DNA from: an uncultured delta proteobacterium
Lineage (GTDB): Bacteria > Myxococcota_A > Polyangia > Polyangiales > B10-G4
DNA: 64,000 nt
Assembly: GCA_963727445.1 (NCBI GenBank)
Contig: CAVSGI010000009.1
Location: forward strand, 576,001-640,000
Direction of reading: 5' to 3'
The notes under the pieces are model-generated. The model worked only from the letters and a program-made list of their open reading frames with translations. It did not search any database and was not told where the DNA came from. This document shows positions 57,675-64,000 of the stretch, piece after piece (position 1 is the first letter of the stretch; each line of letters begins with the position of its first letter). Both the position numbers and the translations under genes were made by a program.

Positions 57675-59351
57675 ATGGCGCGGAAATCGCCACCACTCAT
57701 CGAAGAGGACGACGACGACGAGGAGACCCGCGTCGAGCCGCCTCTGATGGTGGCCGAAGCTGGCGATCACACCGACATCGAGCGCTCCGTGTTGCCTGAC
57801 TCGGAGCCCGAGCTCACCGAGCGCTACTCGCGTGAGGAGGTCGAGCGCTCGATGCGCCTCGGCTTGATCACGCCGCTGCCCGACGCCAACACCGGCCTCA
57901 TCGCCGATCCTTCGAGCCGCGCTGCCCAGGCCGAATCCTTCGAAGCCCGGTACGAACGCCTCTCCTTCATCGGCGAGGGCGGCATGGGTGAGGTCGCCCT
58001 CTACAAAGACCGCCACATCGGGCGCGAGGTGGCGCTCAAGACGCTGCAGCCCGAGCACGCACACCTCGCGGTGGCGCGGGAGCGCTTCATCCGCGAGGCG
58101 CGTATCCAGGGGCAGCTCGAGCACCCCGCCATCGTCCCGGTCTACGACACCGGCAAAGGCGAGGACGGCCAGCTCTACTTCACGATGCGGCGCATCCACG
58201 GCACCTCCCTCGCGGATGTGATCGCGATGCTGGCGGCGGGTGATCTGGAAGCGGCCGCCCGATTCACGCCGCGGCGGCTGCTCTCGGCTTTCGCGACCAT
58301 CTGTCTGGCCGTCGACATGGCGCATCGGCGCGGCGTTCTACATCGCGATCTCAAGCCCGCGAACATCATGCTGGGTGAGTTCGGTGAGGTGCTCCTGCTC
58401 GACTGGGGCCTCGCCAAGCTGCAGAACGAGCCAACCGAGTCGGACCAGGCCGACAGACAGCCGACGCACGACGAAGACTGGCGGCGCATGACGGCGGCGG
58501 GTGCCGTGGTGGGGACTCTCGGTTACATGCCGCCAGAGCAGTTGCGTGCGGAGGGCGAGCTCACGCTCCAGGCGGACATCTACTCTCTCGGCGCGATCCT
58601 ATTCGAGATATGCACCCTCGAGCCGCTTCACGCCGGCCAGAACGCGCCCGACGTGGTGGCGTCGACCCTCGCTGGCCCCGAGGCGCGCCCTTCGATTCGC
58701 AGGCCCGAGCGCGAGGTACCCTACGCGCTCGAGGAGATCATCGTCCGGGCGGTGAGCCGCGACCCGGCGCAACGTTACACGGCCCGCGCGCTTCACGACG
58801 CCGTCGAAGAGGTGTTGGACACCGAGCGGGACGTGGAGCGGGGAAGGGTGCTCGCCGAGCATCACGCGCGCCGGGCGCGGCGGCACGCGCGCAAGGCGCA
58901 TCGCGACCTCGACGAGCGGCGGCGAGCGCTCCGCGAGGTGTGGCGCGCGCTCGCGATGGATCCGGAGAACCGCACGGCGTCCAGCACCGTCTCTGGGCTG
59001 CTCCTGGAGATCCCGGAGGTCATGCCCCCACACGTTCAGAGCGAGGCGAAGAAGCAGTCCCCGCTGACGGCCTGGGCGTGGCGCTTCGCCATCGCCAGCT
59101 ACGTCGCGCTGGCGATCGTCGTGCTCGTGGTGATCATCGCCGGCAACCCGGGCTGGGTCGCGCTCTTCCTGATGGGGCTCAACGCGCTGCTCGCGGTGGC
59201 CACCTCCATCTGGCTGGCGCGCCAGCTCTCCCACGATCTTCGGACGGCGCGCCTCAGAGCGGAGCTCCTGAACTGGCACGTGGCCGAGCTCCTGCCGACC
59301 CCCCGACGCACCTGGGAGGACCGGACCGCGGGCTCTTCCGACGCGATCTAG
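57675..59351 (+). CDS. Ser/Thr protein kinase with C-terminal TMs
   Basis: GEGGMGEV, VALK, HRDLKPAN, DWGLA, GTLGYMPPE. Confidence 0.93.
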   Translation: MARKSPPLIEEDDDDEETRVEPPLMVAEAGDHTDIERSVLPDSEPELTERYSREEVERSMRLGLITPLPDANTGLIADPSSRAAQAESFEARYERLSFIGEGGMGEVALYKDRHIGREVALKTLQPEHAHLAVARERFIREARIQGQLEHPAIVPVYDTGKGEDGQLYFTMRRIHGTSLADVIAMLAAGDLEAAARFTPRRLLSAFATICLAVDMAHRRGVLHRDLKPANIMLGEFGEVLLLDWGLAKLQNEPTESDQADRQPTHDEDWRRMTAAGAVVGTLGYMPPEQLRAEGELTLQADIYSLGAILFEICTLEPLHAGQNAPDVVASTLAGPEARPSIRRPEREVPYALEEIIVRAVSRDPAQRYTARALHDAVEEVLDTERDVERGRVLAEHHARRARRHARKAHRDLDERRRALREVWRALAMDPENRTASSTVSGLLLEIPEVMPPHVQSEAKKQSPLTAWAWRFAIASYVALAIVVLVVIIAGNPGWVALFLMGLNALLAVATSIWLARQLSHDLRTARLRAELLNWHVAELLPTPRRTWEDRTAGSSDAI

Positions 59352-59353
59352 AT

Positions 59354-61249
59354 CTAGACGATCAAGCGCACGCCGCCGAGGGTCTCGATCTGGTGCGGGA
59401 AGTGGTCGCCCGGAGTGCCGATGAACATGTAGTTCTTGGGCACGTCGAGCCGGCGAGAGAGCGCTTCGATGAGCTCCGGGCCGAAGGTCGCCTTCACCGC
59501 GATGAAGTCGATGCGCAGCGCTGGATAGAGGTGATCGATCTCGGAGAGATGAGCGGCCAGCTTCGGAGGGATCCCGTCCTCCTCATCGTAGACGTGCACC
59601 ACCTTGAGATGGTTCGTCTGCTCGTTCTGGAGCACGTAGAGGGCGGCGCGGTTGAGCTCGGCCGGGTCGTCCCGTTTGGTGAAATAGACGACCGGGTGAC
59701 TGGTGATCTCTTCGATCTTGTCGTGGATGCGCTTGCGGACGAGATCGTTGAAGGCGGTGACCTTCGCGACGACGGCGCGCGTCGCGAAGAGCGCTACCTT
59801 CATGATCTCGATGCGCAGGAACATCACGCCGACCACGGCGGACGCGGCCGCGAAGTAGATGGAGAAGACGCGGATGTTGTCGGGGTCGAGGAGCATGTTG
59901 CCCACCAGCCCCAGGACCACGGCGCCGAAGCCGAGGACCACCACCGGCCAGCTGGCCATGGTCGCGCGCGGTAGCCGTCCGCGTTTCGCCTTGAGCAGCA
60001 TGTTGCCCACGGCGAACAGGGCCATGACGCAGAGGAAGGACAGGGTGTAGACGCCCGCGAGGAGCTCCACCTCGCCCGCCGTCACCGTGAGGATCGACCA
60101 GCAGACGACGAAGAAGCCGATGATGATGTAGTGGTTGGTCCGGCGCGCGCGGTTTTCGCGAAGCAGGAACTGCGGCAGGCAGCGGTCGAGGGCCATTCGG
60201 CGGACGAGACCGGTGACGCCGACGTAGGAGGTGAGCACCGCACCCGACAGGACCAGTACCGCGTCGATGCTCACCCAGGTGCGGAGGATCGGCCCGAAGG
60301 CCACGTCGCCCATGCGGGCGAGCAGGTCGGGGGGCACGTCCTCGATGGTCGCGAGGGGGAGCATCCCGAGCGACAGGAGCGAGATCAGCGGATTGAAGAT
60401 GGCGACCGCGAGCCACATGTTGCGGAGCGTCTTCGGGAAGACGCCGCGCTTCTGCTCTTCGATGAAGTTCGCCGAGCTCTCGAAGCCGCTGATGCCCAAC
60501 ATCCCGGCGGCGAAGCCATAGAACAGGGCCTTGCCGAGACCTCCCTGGCTCGGAATGGACCAGTTCTCCACGAGGAGCCCCGGGTCTTTGAAGATCGCGC
60601 TTCCACATGCCCCGGAGAGCACGATCAGCGTCGTGATGTGGAAGATGAAGATGCCGAGGGCGACCACCGCCGACTCGGAGATACCGACCAGGTTGAGGAT
60701 CGCGAAGAGACCGAGGAGGGCCACCGTCGCCCAGAAGACGTCGAGTCCTTCCCAGAGCACGTGGGCGTAGTGCATCGCCTCGCCGGCGCTGATCACCGCC
60801 GTCGCCACGTAGGAGAGCAGCGTGAGAACCGCCGCGCCGGCGGCGAGCTTCTTGTTGGTCGTGTTCAGGAGCACCGTGTAGGTGCCGCCGTTCAGGGGCA
60901 GGGCGCTACCGACCTCGGCGTAGATCCCGCGGAAGAGGAAGAGGACACCCGCCACCATCGCCAGCACCACCGGCGCGAGGCGTCCCGCCTGAGCGGCGCA
61001 GAGGGCGGAGACGTAGAGGCAGCTCGAGGTGATGTCGTTGCCGCAGATGGCCGTCGATGCCCATGTGCCGAGGTGGTTCTTCTCGGTCTGATCGAGGCGG
61101 CTGACGCGAATGCTGGACGTCTCGATGTCCGTGATGCGCGTGGCCTCGCCCCAGCCGGCGAACTCCCACGGGGCATCCTCGATCGCCGCTTCAGACTCCT
61201 CTTCTGTCACGCCGATGCTTTTCCCATCCCACGCAATTCTGCGCAACAT
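59354..61249 (-). CDS. APC-family amino acid permease
   Basis: AICGNDITSSCLY, GFESSANF; about 12 TMs; C-terminal soluble domain. Start uncertain. Confidence 0.88.
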   Translation of the reverse strand: MLRRIAWDGKSIGVTEEESEAAIEDAPWEFAGWGEATRITDIETSSIRVSRLDQTEKNHLGTWASTAICGNDITSSCLYVSALCAAQAGRLAPVVLAMVAGVLFLFRGIYAEVGSALPLNGGTYTVLLNTTNKKLAAGAAVLTLLSYVATAVISAGEAMHYAHVLWEGLDVFWATVALLGLFAILNLVGISESAVVALGIFIFHITTLIVLSGACGSAIFKDPGLLVENWSIPSQGGLGKALFYGFAAGMLGISGFESSANFIEEQKRGVFPKTLRNMWLAVAIFNPLISLLSLGMLPLATIEDVPPDLLARMGDVAFGPILRTWVSIDAVLVLSGAVLTSYVGVTGLVRRMALDRCLPQFLLRENRARRTNHYIIIGFFVVCWSILTVTAGEVELLAGVYTLSFLCVMALFAVGNMLLKAKRGRLPRATMASWPVVVLGFGAVVLGLVGNMLLDPDNIRVFSIYFAAASAVVGVMFLRIEIMKVALFATRAVVAKVTAFNDLVRKRIHDKIEEITSHPVVYFTKRDDPAELNRAALYVLQNEQTNHLKVVHVYDEEDGIPPKLAAHLSEIDHLYPALRIDFIAVKATFGPELIEALSRRLDVPKNYMFIGTPGDHFPHQIETLGGVRLIV

Positions 61250-61372
61250 CGGCGCGAATGGGCCAGGAAAAGGCTGTGTCTTCTGCGCCCGGGAGCTCAG
61301 CGCCTCCGGGCGGCCGGCTCCGTTCCCCTCAACAGGCTCGTCAGATGGAGAACGGACATGTGTCGCCGGCCC

Positions 61373-62029
61373 TCACGGCGCCGGGTCGGCGCAGACCGAG
61401 CCGGAGCAGGTCGACGAGATGCACTCGCCGTTGATGGTGCAGCTCGAGCCGTTGGGGAGCGTGCCCATCAGCGCCGCATCGCATGCGGGGATGGGCTCGG
61501 TGCTGCCCCAGAAATCGGCGCAGCTCACGGTGCTGAGCTGGGACGCGCAGCTGCTGGTGCTCGCGGCGTCGTAGACGATGGTGCCCGCGTTGACCGCGTC
61601 GCGGAGCGCGCTCTGGCCAGCGGCCGGGTAGTTCAGCGTCAGGCAGCTCGCCTCGTCCGCACCGAAGGCGTCCACGAAGTCCGCGTCGGTGGCACTGGGG
61701 ATGTACGTGGTGAGCTCGGTGCGGCAGCGATGCGCCGCGGCGCAATTCGCCTCGACCACCGACTGGTAGCCGGTGACCGCCGCGTCGCCATCGCCGCCGG
61801 TGGTGCCGGTATCGACGACACTGGTGTCCGGTCGCCCGCTGTCCATGATGACGATCCCGGTGTCACCGGTGGTGCCGGTGTCACCCGTGGTGCCGGTGTC
61901 GCTCGTGGTGCCGGTGTCCGCGACGCCGGAGTCGCGGCCGCGTCCGCCACGGCTGCGGTTGTTGCAGCCGGCGAGGGTGAGGGAGGCGAGGGCCCCGATC
62001 AGGGCGATGTGAAGAAAGGCGCGCGTCAT
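61373..62029 (-). CDS. Hypothetical Cys-rich lipoprotein
   Basis: LAGC lipobox; DTGTT repeats; multiple Cys. Confidence 0.75.
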   Translation of the reverse strand: MTRAFLHIALIGALASLTLAGCNNRSRGGRGRDSGVADTGTTSDTGTTGDTGTTGDTGIVIMDSGRPDTSVVDTGTTGGDGDAAVTGYQSVVEANCAAAHRCRTELTTYIPSATDADFVDAFGADEASCLTLNYPAAGQSALRDAVNAGTIVYDAASTSSCASQLSTVSCADFWGSTEPIPACDAALMGTLPNGSSCTINGECISSTCSGSVCADPAP

Positions 62030-62142
62030 GGCGGCCGGGTTATAGCCTGCTCGGTGCGCCGTGCCAGCCGCGAGTGCGGCCGCCACGAAGTGCTGCCAAG
62101 TGGGGAGGGTGCCTCTTCTTGGGGCGCGAGTAGACTCGGCCC

Positions 62143-63630
62143 GTGTCGGATCGCTTCCGAAAGGCCCCAGCGATGCTCCACAGCATCAACCGGGAGGGGC
62201 TGCTCGTGGACGTGAGCAACATGTGGCTGGAAAAGCTGGGGTACGAGCGCGACGAAGTGATCGGTCGCCCATCGATCGACTTTCTAACAGAGGAGAGCCG
62301 CCGCTACGCGCGCGACGTTGTGCTGCCCCGGTTCTTCGAAACCGGACGCTGCGTGGTCGAGTACGAGATGGTCCGCAAGGACGGAACGACCTTCCCCGTC
62401 CGCCTTCGTGGCGAGGCCGAGCGCGACGAAACCGGCGCGGTGATCGCCAGCGCCGCCGCCATCGAGGACCTCACCGAGCAACGCCTTCTCGAGAGCCGGA
62501 TGGTCCAGGCGCAGAAGCTGGAGAGCCTCGGCTTGATGGCGGGCGGCATCGCCCACGACTTCAACAACCTTCTGGTGAGCATCCTCGGCAACGCCGAGCT
62601 CGCGATCCGAGAGCTTCGCGACCAGACCGAGACGCGACGCTTCGTCGAGGACGTCGTTGTGGCGGCCCGGCGTGCGGCGGACCTCTGCCAGCAGCTTCTC
62701 GCCTACTCCGGGAGAAGCCGCATGCGCGACGTCGAGGTAGACCTCTCGGAGCTCGTTCGCGAGGTCGCGCAGATGCTCGACGTGACCGTGGGGCGCGACG
62801 CGATCGTGAAGCTCGATCTCGCCGATGGCTGCGTCGTCGTGGGCGACGCCACCGAGCTTCGTCAGGTCGTCATGAACCTGGTGCTCAATGCGCGGGAGGC
62901 GCTGGAGGGGCGCGGGCTCATCAACCTATCGACGAGCATCCGCACCCTCGACGACGACCTCGTCGCAGAGAGCTCCAACGCGGCCGCCCCGCCGGGGCGT
63001 TACGTCTGCGTGGAGATCGCCGATACGGGCGCGGGGATTCCCGACGCCGTGCGGGATCGCATCTTCGACCCCTTCTTCACCACGAAATCCACCGGGCACG
63101 GGCTGGGGCTGGCGGCGGTGCACGGGATCGTTCGTGCCCACCACGGCACGATCTCCGTGACGTCCTCCGTCGGCCGAGGGACCACCTTTCGCGTCTACCT
63201 TCCTCTCGGAGCCGAGCGTTCCGAACACGCCATCGCTGTCCCGACTCCGCACAAGAAGACGCTCCTCATCGTCGACGACAACGAGAGCGTGCGCAAGACG
63301 CTCAGCCTGGTCCTGGTCGGCGCGGGCTATCAGGTGATGTCCGCGGAGAACGGCGAAGAGGCGATGCTCATCGTTCGCGCGCGCGGCGAGGAGATCGACG
63401 CCTGTCTGATCGACGTGTCGATGCCTCAGATGAGCGGCGTGGATCTCTTCGACCAGATACGCGAGGTCGTGCCCGACGCGGTGGTCATCATGATGAGTGG
63501 CTTCGAGCGCTCCAACCGCGTTCGCGAAGCGACGAGCCGCGGCCTCGCCGGCTATTTGCGAAAGCCGTTCCTCGCAGAGGATTTCGAGGGCGTCCTCGAG
63601 AAGCTGCTCGAGGAGCGTCGCAAAGCCTGA
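62143..63630 (+). CDS. PAS-domain hybrid histidine kinase with receiver domain
   Basis: PAS (LGYERDEVIG), AHDFNNLL, DTGAG, FFTTK, GLGL, receiver IVDD..DVSMP..KPF. Confidence 0.93.
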   Translation: MSDRFRKAPAMLHSINREGLLVDVSNMWLEKLGYERDEVIGRPSIDFLTEESRRYARDVVLPRFFETGRCVVEYEMVRKDGTTFPVRLRGEAERDETGAVIASAAAIEDLTEQRLLESRMVQAQKLESLGLMAGGIAHDFNNLLVSILGNAELAIRELRDQTETRRFVEDVVVAARRAADLCQQLLAYSGRSRMRDVEVDLSELVREVAQMLDVTVGRDAIVKLDLADGCVVVGDATELRQVVMNLVLNAREALEGRGLINLSTSIRTLDDDLVAESSNAAAPPGRYVCVEIADTGAGIPDAVRDRIFDPFFTTKSTGHGLGLAAVHGIVRAHHGTISVTSSVGRGTTFRVYLPLGAERSEHAIAVPTPHKKTLLIVDDNESVRKTLSLVLVGAGYQVMSAENGEEAMLIVRARGEEIDACLIDVSMPQMSGVDLFDQIREVVPDAVVIMMSGFERSNRVREATSRGLAGYLRKPFLAEDFEGVLEKLLEERRKA

Positions 63631-63636
63631 GAGTCC

Positions 63637-64000
63637 TCAGGCTGCCGCGAGGTTTTCCGTTGCTTCGGCGCCAGCGCCCTCGAGGAGGTGCTGGACCGAC
63701 TCCGCGCGGCGCTTTCCGACTTCCACGCCGATTCTCGATCTCGACGGCCTCGCGCGAGAAGCGTGCTTGCGCATCCCACATCGCGAGACCCATCACGTAG
63801 CCGCCCAGCGCGCCGGCACCGAGGCCGCCGATGACCGCTTGGAGCATGAGGATGGCGAGGTTGTTGGAGAAGAGCTGGCCCGGCACGACGTTGACCGCGA
63901 TCAGCACGCCGAGCACCAGGCCCAGGGCGATGCCCACCGCGCCACCGAGGGCACCCGCACGCCAGTCGAAGATGCGACGCTCGACCCTCACCTCGTGGGC
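63637..64000 (-). CDS. Hypothetical membrane protein, 5'-truncated by the window edge; apparent +1 frameshift at ~63732
   Basis: Two Gly-rich TMs. Removing one A gives EIGVEVGKRRAESVQHLLEGAGAE..* ending at 63637 and removes a 143-bp overlap with the kinase gene. Confidence 0.6.

Noticed and set aside
63488..63636. 143-bp convergent overlap between the last ORF and the hybrid kinase
   Set aside because: It disappears when the apparent frameshift near 63732 is corrected (stop at 63637).

Overview
High-GC chromosomal window whose gene content points to a myxobacterium (probably Polyangiales-like; inference from MYXO-CTERM tails, Glt/Agm-type gliding genes, AgmX/PglI C-terminal domains and Ser/Thr kinases). 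It holds about 53 protein-coding genes. These include a gltD-E-F-G-like cluster, pyk, uvrC, zapA-ygfA, a nucleoside-salvage operon, three histidine kinases, a sigma54 activator next to an orphan type IV pilin, transporters and many secreted or lipoproteins. I saw no rRNA, tRNA, CRISPR, transposase or phage genes. Six apparent frameshifts are each fixed by removing one duplicated base and are probably sequencing errors. The most notable unexplained signal is a non-coding repeat family at two loci (4 x ~147 bp at 4527-5114; 2 x 220 bp at 53194-53640). Its stems covary between loci while the two strands of one internal loop differ. Other signals: a CTAG-flanked 149-bp MITE-like element upstream of uvrC, an unannotated 31-aa membrane ORF behind a sigma54-type promoter, and many apparently leaderless sigma70- and sigma54-type promoters. 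All family assignments are from motif recognition by eye, not database searches.
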